DNA from: Eledone cirrhosa | Lineage: Eukaryota | DNA length: 64,000 bases | Reading direction: 5' to 3' | NCBI GenBank assembly: GCA_964016885.1 | Contig: OZ024756.1 | Coordinates: 42,594,001 to 42,658,000 of the forward strand | In this document: piece by piece, positions 10,958-24,345 of the stretch | Layout: the number at the start of each line of letters is the position of its first letter | Numbering within the stretch: position 1 is the first letter of the stretch | Position numbers and translations under genes: made by a program | Notes under the pieces: generated by a model | Told to the model about the DNA's origin: nothing | The model's input: the letters and a program-made list of their open reading frames with translations, nothing else | Databases searched by the model: none

Positions 10958-13607
10958 CATCATCATCATCACCGTTTTACGTCCGTTCTTCCACGCTAGC
11001 ATGGGTTAGACGGGTTGTCCTGTTGTGGGCAGTGTCTGGTCGGCTGACCATGCCTTGCTCATACAGGAATTGATTTGGCTGGATTTCTACGGCTGGATGC
11101 CCTTCCTAACACCAACCTCATTTACAGTGAGTGCTGGGTGCTTTTTCGTGGCACCTACACGTCCACTTTACAGTGTGGGCTGGGTGCTTTTTTGCAGTGG
11201 CACCTCCACGACCACCTTGCTGTGGGGGGTGTGAGGGCATATTGTCTATATGCTTCAGCTTGTACCCATGAGAGGTCGGGTACTCTGTATTACTGTGTGT
11301 CGCCAGAGGTCACGGTCGTGTGTCATCGCCTTTGAGAGGTGTAATTGGGTAAGGTCGGCTTTTATCACCTCATCCCAGGTCATCTTGGGTCTCCCCACTC
11401 TGTGGTTTCCATCGACTTCTAGTGCTCTGCGCCTTTTTATGCAGCTGTCATCCTTCATACGCATCACATGTCCATACCAATGCAACCGCCTCTCCTGCAC
11501 ACAGCATTTGATTTCTCTTATGCTCAGTCTCTCTCTCAATTCATTTATGCTTTGTAGTTCGCGTATATTACTATTACACATCCATCGGAGCATGCAGGCT
11601 TCGTTTCTTTCTAATCTACGTAAGTCTTCCACCTTCAGCGCCCAGGTCTCACTACCATGCAACATCGCTGTTCGGATACACGCATCATACAGTCTGCCTT
11701 TCATTTTGAGGGAGAAGCTTTTGCAGCTAGCAGTGGTAGTAGTTCCCTAAACTTCTTCCATCCCGTTCTTACCCTAATTATTGTACTTTCTGAACACCCA
11801 CCTCCGCTGCTAATTCGGTCACCTAGGTAGCAGAAGCTGTCTACTGTTTCTACAGAGCCCTCCCAGAGATTGGTGGTACTTGTTTCCTGTGGCTATTTGC
11901 TGCTTGCTGTCCCAGCACAGCTGCTGCATGTGAAGCCTACATTCTTAATTAAGCTTCCTGAGATCCCGCTACATCTCTTGTGTACCAATTGTTTGCATTT
12001 GGAGCAGAGAATGGAGTTCCTACCTACACCTTTCCTACATACTGAGCAAGGCCATTTCCCTGAGGGGATCTGGGTTCTGTTTTCTCGTCTACTTACAAGG
12101 ACCTTAGTCTTTGTCATGTTGACTTTGAGACCCTTTCTTTCTAGTCCCTGTTTCCAAGTTTGGAATTTCTTCTCTAGTTCTACCATAGATTCAGCTATAA
12201 GTGCGAGGTCATCAGCATACAGGAGTTCCCATGGGCATCCGGTCTTAAACTCCTCCGTTATTGCCTGCAGGACTATGATGAACAGGAGGGGGCTAAGAAC
12301 AGAGCCTTGGTGGACCCCAACCTGTACACTAAATTCCTCGCTATACTCATTGCTACTCCTAACTTTGCTGACTGATCCCCTATACATGGCTTGTACCGCT
12401 TTCACAAGCCATTCATCTACTCCTAGTTTTCTAAGAGCCCACCAGATTACAGCACGTGGAACTCTGTCAAAGGCTTTCTCAAGATCGACAAATGTCAGGT
12501 AGAGTGGCTTACTTTTAGCTAGGTACTTTTCCTTTAACTGCCACACAAGGAAGAGGGCATCAGTGGTGCCTCTTCCTGGTACAAACCCAAATTGCATCTC
12601 ATCTAGTTTCACCCGGTCCCTAATCAACTGTGCTATAACTCTTTCTGTTACTTTCATGACCTGGTCCATCAGCTTTATACCTCTATAGTTTCCTCTATCT
12701 AGTGCATCACCTTTACCTTTGTAGCAGTTGACAATGATGCTACTGCACCAATCTTTTGGTATGACACCTAGTATTACCTGGTTAACAATACGTGTGGTTA
12801 TAGTGTGACCTACAGACCCAGATGCCTTCAGCATCTCAGCAGCTATACCCGATGGACCGGTTGCCTTCCCCATCTTCATATCTTTGATTGCCTTACTTAC
12901 TATGCTGCTGCTGACTTGTACTGCTGGCTCCTCTATAGGGTCTACTTGGGGTAGGGTCTCTTCTTCCCATGCATTCTCCTCATTTAGTAATCTATCATAA
13001 TGACTCTTCCATGCATCTTTCTTCTCAGCACTTGTGAGGGCAAGCTCACCTTTATCATTCCGGATACACTTCTCTCCAATGACATCACAATTCTCTCTGA
13101 CACACTGTCTCGCAATCTTGAACACCTCCTGTTTCTGGTCCTCACGTTGCAAAACATGCTTGAATTTTCTATCCTCCGCTTCCCTCCTAGCTAAGTATAC
13201 TTGTCGCCTAGCTTCCCTCTTGGTCTCTATGTAATGTACCCTGCTCCCCCCGTTCTTCCATTCTTTCCATGCCTGTCTCTTGGCCTTAACTGCCTCATCT
13301 ACCTTATTGTTCCACCACCAAGTCACTCTCCTCCTGCTTGTGGTCTTACTCCAGCCACAGACCTCATCCGTCGCCTCTAGTAAGTTATTTTTTAGGAACT
13401 CCCAGTTCTCTTCTACATTGAATGTCTCTATCTGTTCTTCTTTACTGTCGTAGGCGTTGAGTAAAATATCTTTAAATCTGTTACTGGTTGAGGAGTCTTT
13501 CAGCTTCCATATCTTTCTTCTCCAGGTTGGCCTCTGTTTCCAGGTTCGTCTAGTTCTGACTGTGAGGTCGCTGACAACTAAGCTATGTTGGGAGGTACAT
13601 TCCTCAT
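10958..13607 (-). mobile_element. RTE LINE family B, 5'-truncated intronic insertion specific to copy 1
   Basis: ORFs 11893-13326 (RT: NYRGI, QFGF..G, FVDLEKAFD, QGSVLSP, YADD) and 11255-11704, frameshifted, with a (cat)n tail. Empty site gggtt|atagttg at about 48705. Confidence 0.95.
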
Positions 13608-13639
13608 TATAGTTGATTATAGTTGGTTATAGTTGATTA

Positions 13640-14210
13640 TATGAACCCCAGTATTTCACTGGTATTTTATTTTATCAATCCCAGAAAGGTGAAAGACCAA
13701 GTTGTCCTCAACAGGATTGAAACTCAGAAAGTATAGAAGCAGGACAAATACCACAAAGCATTTTGAACAGTAGTAATAATAATTTCTAACATTTTAAATA
13801 ATTCTTTATACAAGGCCAACAATATAGAGGAAAAGGAAAGTCTATTTTCAACACCAATATTTATCTAGTACTTTATTTTATCAACCTCATAAGGATGAAA
13901 AGCAACATTAACCTCAGCGTGATTTGAACTCAGAACGTAAAGGGCCGTAACTTTATGCTGTGAAGCATGCTGTCTGACGCTCTGATAATAATAATAATAA
14001 TGATTTCTAGTATAGGCACAAGGCCAGTAATTTTTGGGGAGGGGAAAGTCGATTAAATCGACCCCAGTATGTTACTGGTACTTCATTTTATCAATCCCGT
14101 AAGGATGAAAGGCAAAGTTAACCTCGGCGCGATTTGAACTCAGATCATAAAGGGCTGTAACTCTTTGCTGCAAAGCATGGGGTCCGATCCTCTACCAATA
14201 TTGCCAATCC
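13640..14210 (-). mobile_element. Cluster of three Nin/Deu-core SINEs
   Basis: Repeated tactggtactttatttt..gatgaaaggcaaagttaacctc..gatttgaactcag blocks. Confidence 0.8.
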
Positions 14211-14214
14211 AAAA

Positions 14215-15085
14215 CAATGTCTATCATAATAGGTGCTCTAGGAATGATAAAACACAGACTTACAAATATATACAACATACAGAAGGTAGCTCTACTAGGT
14301 ACCGTATATATATTATATAGAGTACCACAGGACTTACAAAAATATACAGCATACAAAAGGTAGCTCTACTAGGTACCGTATATATATTATATAGAGTACC
14401 ACAGGACTTACAAATATATACAGCATACAAAAGGTAGCTCTACTAGGTACCGTATATATATTATATAGAGTACCACAGGACATACAAATATATACAGCAT
14501 ACAAAAGGTAGCACTACTAGGTACCGTATATATATTATATAGAGTACCACAGGACTTACAAATATATACAGCATACAAAAGGTAGCACTACTAGGTACCG
14601 TATATATATTATATAGAGTACCACAGGACTTACAAATATATACAGCATACAAAAGGTAACACTACTAGGTACCGTATATATATTATATAGAGTACCACAG
14701 GACTTACAAATATATACAGCATACAAAAGGTAGCACTACTAGGTACCGTATATATATTATATAGAGTACCACAGGACTTACAAATATATACAGCATACAA
14801 AAGGTAACACTACTAGGTACCGTATATATATTATATAGAGTACCACAGGACTTACACATATATACAGCATACAAAAGGTAGCACTACTAGGTACCGTATA
14901 TATATTATATAGAGTACCACAGGACTTACACATATATACAGCATACAAAAGGTAGCACTACTAGGCACTGCACACATATTACGAAAACTACTATCAATAC
15001 AATAGAAACCACACCACCAAAAACTACACGGGTCGAACCCAAGGCTCGGTAAAGCAGTAATAATGCGCAATAAAAATAATAATGG
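14215..15085 (+). mobile_element. 3' terminal fragment of an R4/Dong-like (REL endonuclease) retroelement containing a minisatellite
   Basis: Left flank encodes IIIGALGMI and right flank QKVALLGTAHILRKLLSIQ*, the typical C-terminus of this group, followed by a short UTR and aat repeats. Confidence 0.7.
14255..14966. repeat. 72-74 bp tandem minisatellite, about 9.5 near-identical copies
   Basis: Unit cacaggacttacaaatatatacagcatacaaaaggtagcactactaggtaccgtatatatattatatagagtac. Confidence 0.96.
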
Positions 15086-16790
15086 AAATAATAATATATA
15101 GGCACAAGTCCAGGAATTTTGGAGTAGGGGGTAAAATCGATTAATTCAACCCCAGTTCATTACTGGTACTTTATTCTATCAATCCCAGAAAGATGAAAGA
15201 CCAAGTACCTTTGTTACCATTATCTGTTCTAGTAAGAATGACTTCTAATTTAGACACACCATTGCAAGCAAGGAAAAGCGGACGTAAAATGATGATGATG
15301 ATGATGACACAAGATAAGCAATTTTTGCCAAGCAAAGTGTCGATTAAATCAACCCCAGTACATAACTGGTACTTTATTTTATCATCCTCAGAAGTATGAA
15401 AAGCAAAGTTAACTCTGGCAGGATTTGACATTTTGTATTACCTATTCAGTATTTCACCTATCTGTTGTAGGTCTGTAATAATTGAGCCAATTTCATTGAA
15501 CAGTGGCCTTATATGGTAGTGTACTGAAGCAAACTCTTTTGCAAATTTAAACAAAATTTTAAGGTTGGTTTTCATATTTTATATAACCCTGGCTTCTCTT
15601 TCTTCCATCTCCTTTCAAAGGGAATGTTTGAATTCAGTCTGAATTTCAAGTAGTACCCAGTTCAATTGTTGAGTGTGTTAGGTAAAGATCCCCTGAAGTC
15701 AGGAAAAAGGAACAGAGAACGATGACAATACTGTATCAGAGCTTATAATATAATTGTTTGGATCACCCAATGTAGCTGCTCTCTTTGAAAAGAACCATTT
15801 CCATTTATACAATAAATACTATAATATGTCTGTGAGAGAACTACTACATAGCTGCAACATAAGGTTATGTCATAGCCACCTCTATGACAGCATGGACCCT
15901 ATTTTAACAAATAAACACTGCACTGGGTAAGGAGGAAGCTTCTGTGGAATTGTTTAGTTGTAGATCATTCCTGATTAAGAACTGGGATTGATAGCATTTC
16001 TATGACTATATAAAATATGTTTTTCAACTGTCTGATTGTGACCATTTACTGAAAGGGTTGGATGTGATTTGAAGGAGATTTGGCTGCTGTTTCTAACAGG
16101 ACAAATCATCTGCAGCTTAATCCATCTTAAAACTTAGTCATATAAAAATAATATTAACAGCAAGCTACATAATAAACTATTAGGTATCTGTCGTCATATA
16201 AACTCTAGTTCATTCCAAACTAAAATGATAGTTATGGGTTTAACTACAGATCAACTGTGATGGGACAGACCGATGACTAAAGACATTCCAGTTGTGACCA
16301 TCCCATCATTTTCAGATTATTTAAAGAATTCTGTCTTCCTTGAAGAGAATATAGTTATTTAAGCAAGTTGTATGACCATGTAAATATTTCCTATTTGGTG
16401 GCAGTGGTAATAAAGGTGGTAGAGTGGTTACAATGATGATGATGATGAACATGGTTGTAGTGGCAGTCATAGTGATAGTAGTTAAACTGATCAAGATTGT
16501 GAAAGTATAAATCCAAACACAAACACAGCAGTACAGAAATATGTACACACTTAATCAAATATATGAATAATTATGTATTTCAAACATATACATATTTCAC
16601 ATGGAAACATACAATTATGCATATATACACACATGCATGTATATAAAAGCAGGTATGCTAGTATGGACACACACACACATATATAAATTTAAAAATATGG
16701 AATCTCACTCATGTATACATGCACACACATGCAGATATAGAATGATGCAGTGATTAATATGTATGTAGAAAGAAAAGTGATACTGCCTAC

Positions 16791-17099
16791 GTTCAGGTGA
16801 AATGAGGAGTTCCATTGTACTGTTAAATACTGTACAGGATATGGTTGTATTGCAGAGGTCTTCAGCTGTTATCAAGTAGTGAAATTCTGACTGTAACTCA
16901 GCATAACATTTGGTAGTTGTTGGAATGGTGATATAATGTTCACTAACACCTATCTGGTCATCATCACGTGTTAGACTCCATTGAAACAGGACTCTACTTC
17001 CAAAGTTTATGGCAACAATTGCACTACATAGGAAGCGAGATATCTGGTTAATTTTATGGACTTCAGTTAAACCCACCAGACTTTTCAGTTTAGATTTCA
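16791..17099 (-). CDS. Ig-receptor copy 1, exon 3: second Ig-like domain
   Basis: ttttcag|...|gtaggc, 309 nt, phase 1-1, open frame. Has the F-x-C-x-A, F-x-W and I-x-C-T Ig spacing. Homologous to 50349-50663. Confidence 0.88.
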
Positions 17100-17141
17100 C
17101 TGAAAAGAAAAGAAAAAAAACTGTAAATCTTAGGAACATAG

Positions 17142-17455
17142 ATAATTGTTTCTACTTTTGGCACAAGGCCAGCAATTATCCCGGGATTTGAACTCAGATA
17201 GTAAAGGGACATAACTATGCTGGAAATAAATAAGGGTTTCTTATATAGGCACAAGGCCAGCAATTTTTTTTGGTGGGAGGGGGGAGGGGGTCGATTAAAG
17301 GACCCGAGTGCATGACTGGTACTTTATTTTATTGACCCTGTAAGGATGAAAGGCAAAATTAACCTCAGCACGATTTGAACTCAGATTATAAAGGGCCGTA
17401 ACTCTATGTTGCAAAGCATTGTGTTTGACACTCTACCGATTCTGCCAAACCACCG
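17142..17455 (-). mobile_element. Two Nin/Deu-core SINEs (one partial)
   Basis: Same family motifs as 9966-10143. Confidence 0.8.
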
Positions 17456-17651
17456 CCCGAGGAAAATAAATAATGAAATAAAATGTTGGCTGGTTACATT
17501 AATACAAACTACAACTAAATTGGGTTGCTTCTGATAGGACACTCTGGAAGGCAGGGGTTGTAAATGGAAGGAAGGAAAAAGAAGAGACAAAATAGAAAAG
17601 AAAAAAGGGAGAAAATAAAAAGAACAAGAAAACGAAAAGATGAATATGTAC

Positions 17652-17684
<33 letters not shown>

Positions 17685-17687
<3 letters not shown>

Positions 17688-20400
17688 TCATCATCAACGT
17701 TTAACGTCCGTGTTCCACGCTTGCATGGGTTTGGACGGGGGTTTTCCCACTTGAGGCAAGAGTGATTGTCTTGCTCGCATAGGACTGTCTGGCAGGTTTT
17801 CTACAGTTGGATGCCCTTCCTAACACCAACCACATTTACAGTGTGGGTCTGGGAGGTTTTTACCGTGTTGCCTACACGGCCACATTACAGCGTGGACTGC
17901 ATGTTTTTTTGTCGTGACACCTACACGATCTCATTTGTTTCGGCCTGGATGGTGTGGCACCAACATAACTTTACATAGAAGGGGGCGGTATGGATGGGGT
18001 GGGGGTGGTGTATTTTGTTAGAGATGCCTACTGACTGTAGTAGGTTTTACTATGTATTTAGGTAAGGCGGGTCTTCTCTATTACTGAGTACTGCCAAAGG
18101 TCTCGGTCCAGTGACATTGTCTTGGAGAGGTGTAAGTGTGTGAGGTCGGAGTTTATCAGCTCGTCCCAGGTTTTTCTAGGTCTGCCTATTCCGTGGCTAC
18201 CGTCTATCTTTATTGCCCTGCACTTTGTTATACAGCTATCGACTTTCATGCGCATCACGTGTCCATACCAACGTAGCCTTCTCTCGAGTAAACAACATCT
18301 AATCCCTCTTATTTCTAATTTTTTCCTTAGTTCGTTTATGCTTTGCCGGTCACGTATATTACTATTACACATCCAGTGGAGCATGCAAGCTTCGTTCCTC
18401 TCTAGTCTGCGTATATCCTCTGCACACAATGCCCAGGTCTCACTGCCATGCAACATTGCTGTTCGTATGCAGGCATCATACAACCTGCCTTTCATTTTTA
18501 GGGAGAACCCTTTAGCGGCTAATAGTGGTATAAGCTCTCTGAACTTTTTCCATCCAGTTCTGACTCTAGCTACTGTACTTTCAGAGCACCCTCCCCCACT
18601 GCTGATTTTGTCACCCAGGTAACGGAAGCTGTCCATTATTTCTATAGAGCCCTCTGCGCAGTTGAAAGAGCTAGTATTTTGTGGGCACTTGCTGCTACTT
18701 ATTGCACCAGAGCACCAGCCACATGTGAAATCTATGTTCTTAGTTAGCTTACCTGTGATCCCACTACATCTTTTATGCACCCATACTTTGCATTTCTGAC
18801 ACAAAATGGAGTTTCTACCTACGCCTTTCCTACACACTGAGCATGGCCACTTCCCGGAAGGGACCGCCGCCTTATTTTCTTTCCTACAAACTAGAACTTT
18901 GGTCTTAGCCAGATTAATTTTAAGGCCTTTTGATTCTAGGCCGTGCTTCCATGTTTGGAATTTCTTCTCTAGCTCGGCCATTGATTCAGCTATGAGTGTT
19001 AGGTCGTCTGCGTATAGGAGTTCCCATGGGCAGCCGGTCTTGAACTCCTCTGTTATAGCCTGAAGGGCAATAATAAATAGTAGGGGGCTGAGAACAGAGC
19101 CCTGATGGACGCCAACTTTTACGCTAAACTCTTCACTATATTCGTTGTTAATTCTAACCTTGCTGACTGTTTCTTTATACATGGCTTGTATAGCTCTCAT
19201 TCGTCGACACCACCTAGTTTTCTAAGGGCCCACCAGATAATGGAACGGGGGACTCTGTCGAAGGCTTTCTCCAAGTCGACAAAAGCTAAGTAGAGGGGTT
19301 TACTTTTAGCTAGGTACTTCTCCTGTAGTTGTCGTACAATGAAAAGAGCGTCTGTGGTACTTTTGCCTGACACAAACCCGAACTGCATTTCATCTAGGTC
19401 AATTCTCTCTCTGATTAGTTGCGCTATTACTTTTTCCGTGACCTTCATGACCTGGTCGATTAATTTAATGCCTCTATAGTTACTCCTATCTAGGGCATCT
19501 CCTTTACCCTTATAACAGTTAACAATGATGCTGCTATGCCAGTCCTTTGGAACAACCCCATTCTGTACGACTTGGTTAACTATCCGGGTGACCATGGTGT
19601 GTCCCACCGTGCCAGATGCCTTCAGCATCTCAGCAACTATTTCCGAAGGCCCAGCCGCCTTACCCGTCTTCATATCCTTGATTGCCTTACTTATTATACT
19701 ACCCTCGACTAACACTGCTGGTCCCTCTATTGGGTCGATGTGGGGGAGACTGTCTTTCTCCCATTTATTCTCCTCATTTAGTAGCCTTTCATAGTGACAC
19801 TTCCAAGCTACCTTCTTATCAGTGTCGGTGATGGCAAGTATGCCGTCATCATTAAGTACACACTTCTCCCCGACAATATCACGGTTTTCCTTGACACATT
19901 GCCTAGCAATCCTGAACACCTCACGTTTTTGGTCCTCGCGTTGTAGAACATGCTTGAACTTTCTTTCCTCTGCTTCCCTTCTTGCGAAGTACACTTGTCT
20001 CCTAGCTTCCCTCCTGGCCACTTGATAGTCTTCTCTACTCCCCCCATACTTTCCAAGCCTGCTTTTTGGCCTTAATTGACCCCTCCACCTTACTGTTCCA
20101 CCACCATGTTACTCTCCTCCTGCCTACAGGCCTGCTCCAGCCACAGACTTCGTCTGCCGCCATCAGCAGGTTTGCTCTCAGGAATTCCCACTGTCCCTCT
20201 ATATTATACGACTCTAAATGTTCTTCCTTACTGTCGAAAGCATCAAGTAATATGCTTTGAAATTTATTTCTGGCTGTGGGGTCCTTTAGCTTCCATATTT
20301 TTCTCCTGAGGATAGTCCTCTTCTGTTGTCGAGTACGTCTCGTCCTGACTATGAGGTCGCTAATTATCAGTCTATGTTGGGAGGTGCATTCTTCATGGGG
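17685..20400 (-). mobile_element. RTE LINE family A, 5'-truncated, frameshifted
   Basis: ORFs 19197-20021 and 18058-19200 cover the full RT and C-terminus, with 3' UTR and (cat)n tail inside a (TA)n tract. Confidence 0.96.
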
Positions 20401-20412
20401 GAGGGATATTTA

Positions 20413-20509
<97 letters not shown>

Positions 20510-20814
20510 TATATATATATATATATATACACACACATACATATATATACACACACACACATATACATATATATATATAAATATGTACACATACATACAG
20601 ACACATATATATCTAGGTAGTGTAATGTGCAGTGACTGTAGGTTCACCCCAGTGAGCACTCCATGCTTAGTTTCCAGCGAGATGTACAACTAAGCAGAGT
20701 GTAAATACAATAATGAAAGGATGATTTGTTATGTCTTCATTACGTTTATTGAGTAGTGACGTGCGTTTCGCTATTGATCAGCTCAAGGTTCGATCTGTAT
20801 CGATCTGGCCTGAC

Positions 20815-21456
20815 TCTGGAATCAAATGGCCTTAAAGTTAACTTGTCTAAGACTAAAGTTCTAGTATATAGAAAGAATAGGGCACAGGTACCCTCTGGGA
20901 AATGGCCATGATCAGTGTGTAAGAAAGGAATAGGTAGCAATTCCATTCTATGCCTCAAGTGCAAACTATGGGTACATGTAGTGGGATCACAGGTAAGCTA
21001 TCTAAGAATGTAGATTTTATATGTGGGCAATGCTCAGGTGCAGTATGTAGCAAGGACCCACTGGACACTATCTCTTTCAACTGCCCAGATGGTTCTTTTG
21101 AAATAGTTGACACTTTCTGTTACCTGGGTGACAAAATCAGCAGTGGAGGAGGGTGCTCTGAAAGTACAGTAGCCAGAGTTAGTACGGGATGGAAAAAGTT
21201 AAGGAAGTTAATACCACTGTAGGTCACAAGGGATTTTTCTCTAAAAGTGAAAGGCAGATTGTATGATGCTTGTATACGAACAGCAATATTACATGGTAGT
21301 GAGACCTGGGTGTTGTGCTGAAGACTTGGGTAGATTAGAAAGAAATGAAGCTTGCATGCTCTGATGGATGTGTAATAGTAATGTGCGCAAATGGCAAAGC
21401 ATAAACGAATTGAGAGAGAGACTAAGCATAAGAGGTATCAACTGTTGTGTGCAGGA
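20815..21456 (+). mobile_element. Degenerate RTE fragment
   Basis: ESNGLKVNLSKTKV..PSGKWP..YLGDKISSGGGCSE..CCVQ with stops and frameshifts. Confidence 0.88.
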
Positions 21457-21499
21457 TGTATATATATATATATATGATGATATATATATATATATATGA

Positions 21500-21541
<42 letters not shown>

Positions 21542-21614
21542 GATGATAATATATATATATATATATATATGTATATATGATGATATATATATATGTATAT
21601 ATGATGATAATATA

Positions 21615-22110
21615 TCATCATCATCATCATCATCACCGTTTTACGTTCGTTCTTCCACGCTAGCATGGGTTAGACAGGTTGTCCTGTTGTGGGCAGTGAC
21701 TGGTCGGCTGACAATGCCTTGCTCATACAGGAACTGATTTGGCTTGATTTCTACAGATGGATGCCCTTCCTAACACCAACCTCATTTACAGTGAGTGCTG
21801 AGTGCTTTTTCGTGGCGCCTACACGTCCACTTTACAGTGTGGGCTGGGTGCTTTTTTGCCGTGGCACCTCAACGACCAACTTGCGGTGGGGTGTGTGGGG
21901 GCATATTGTCTATATGCTTCAGCTTGTACCCATGGGAGGTCGGGTACTCTGTATTACTGCGTGACGCCAGAGGTCACGGTCGTGTGTCATCGCCTTTGAG
22001 AGGTGTAATTGGGTAAGGTCGGCTTTTATCACCTCATCCCAGGTCATCTTGGGTCTCCCTACTCCGCGGTTTCCATCAACTTCTAGTGCTCTGCACCTTT
22101 TTATGCAGCT
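21615..22110 (-). mobile_element. RTE family B 3' end
   Basis: Closely matches 10960-11447. Confidence 0.92.
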
Positions 22111-22478
22111 GATGCTATATATATGTATATGATGTATATATATGTATATATGATGATATATATATATATGTATATATGATGATATATATATATATGTATA
22201 TATGATGATATATATATATATATATATGATGATATATATATATATATATATATGATGATATATATATATATATATATGATGATATATATATATATATATA
22301 TGTATATATGATGATATATATATATATATGTATATATGATGATATATATATATATATGTATATATGATGATATATATATATGTATATATGATGATATATA
22401 TATATGTATATATGATGTATATATGATGATATATATATATGTATATATGATGATAATATATATATATATGTATATATG

Positions 22479-22509
<31 letters not shown>

Positions 22510-22592
22510 ATATATATATATATATGATATATATATATATATAATATGATATATATATATATATATATATATGATATATATATATATATATG

Positions 22593-22623
<31 letters not shown>

Positions 22624-22697
22624 ATATATATATATGATATATATATATATATGATATATATATATATATATATATATATGATATATATATATATATG

Positions 22698-22796
<99 letters not shown>

Positions 22797-22836
22797 GATG
22801 ATATATATATATATATATATATATAGATATATATGA

Positions 22837-22882
<46 letters not shown>

Positions 22883-23055
22883 ATATATATATATATATAT
22901 GTCTATATTATGATATATATATATATATGTATATATGATGATATATATATATATATGTATATATGATGATATATATATATATATGTATATATGATGATAT
23001 ATATATATATATGTATATATGATGATATATATATATATATGTATAGATGATGATA
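22111..23055. repeat. Compound microsatellite (TA)n interrupted by GAT/GATGAT
   Basis: Direct reading of the sequence. Confidence 0.97.
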
Positions 23056-23481
23056 TCTATATATATGAAAGCGAGGACATGTGTGTGTCTGTGTACAACT
23101 TTGGACAGCTAAGGCTTTTACAATTCCCAACCGAATTTGACCAAATTTGCTGTGCACGTTGCACCTGTGGCTAAGATGGTCACATCACAAACATTTTTCA
23201 AATCGACCCATGGTGAGCAATAAAAAATCGATTGCAAAATTATTTTTTCTAAAGTGCAACGCAGAAATCAAGCTAAACAAAATCTTTATGGGACTTTCCA
23301 TTCAAATTGTTGGGACCTACAACTTTTCAGCTGTAGCTTGCACGTACAAAGATTGCACTAAATATTCGTTTGCATTAATTATTGAAGACTTTTGCTTATT
23401 TTGACAGGTTGGGGTAAATTACTTCCTAGCTGTATATTCTTATAATTTCAAACCCTGGGCAACGCAGGATAAATCTGCTAG
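23056..23481 (+). mobile_element. Non-autonomous Helitron
   Basis: Starts A|TCTATATATATGAAAG then a gtgtgt microsatellite. Ends with hairpin cctgggcaacgcagg and CTAG|T. Confidence 0.78.
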
Positions 23482-23723
23482 TATATATATATGATGATAT
23501 ATATATATATGATGATATATATATATATATATGATGATATATAGTAATAATAATAAAATTGAAGACTAAAATCCAGAGAGGGCTCGCCTCCGGTTGCAAC
23601 GTTTTTTGAAATATCCAGTTCTGCGTTTACAGATTGACTTTGTTAGTTTCAGAAGATCCCGTTAAGGGTGAAAGCAACGATTCTTTGCTTAAACTTTAAT
23701 CTGTTATTTTAATAAATATGATG

Positions 23724-23829
<106 letters not shown>

Positions 23830-23909
23830 TGCGGTGCCCCAGCATGGCCTCAGCCGGATGGCTGAAACAGGTAAAAGAGTATATATATATGTATGTATAT
23901 ATGTGATAT

Positions 23910-24242
23910 GGAGGCACATGGCTTAGTGGTTAGAGCATTGGCCTTGCAATCGAAAGGTTGTGAGTTCAATTCTCCGACCTAGTGATGTGTTGTTTCCTTG
24001 AGCAAGACACTTTATTTCACATTGCTCCAGTTTACTCAGCTGTAGAAATGAGATGATAGGGACCCAGTCACTGCAAAGTGGTCGTGGAGGTGCCACGCCA
24101 AAAAAAGCACCCAGCACTCAGTGTAAATGAGGTTGGTGTTAGGAAGGGCATCCAGCTGTAGAAATCAAGCCAGAATCAGTTCCCGTCCCACCCTTGCAAG
24201 CAGGGAAAAGCGGACGTAAAATAAAATGAAATGAAAATGAAA

Positions 24243-24245
<3 letters not shown>
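23910..24245 (+). mobile_element. Full-length tRNA-derived SINE with V/Meta-like core and RTE-derived tail
   Basis: A box tggcttagtggttaga, B box gagttcaattc, core gtttccttgagcaagacacttta, tail matching RTE 3' ends. Confidence 0.9.
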
Positions 24246-24280
<35 letters not shown>

Positions 24281-24306
24281 ATATATATATATATATTTAT
24301 AAATGA

Positions 24307-24345
<39 letters not shown>

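Noticed and set aside
14255-14966. CRISPR-like regular array
   Set aside because: Units are contiguous and near-identical, with no unique spacers and no cas genes. It is a minisatellite in eukaryotic DNA.
15430-15695. Possible extra exon between Ig2 and TM
   Set aside because: Stop in phase 1. It looks like a decayed LINE remnant and is as conserved between copies as the surrounding intron.
23910-23990. tRNA gene
   Set aside because: A and B boxes continue directly into a SINE core and tail. It is a SINE head, as are the other tRNA-like hits.
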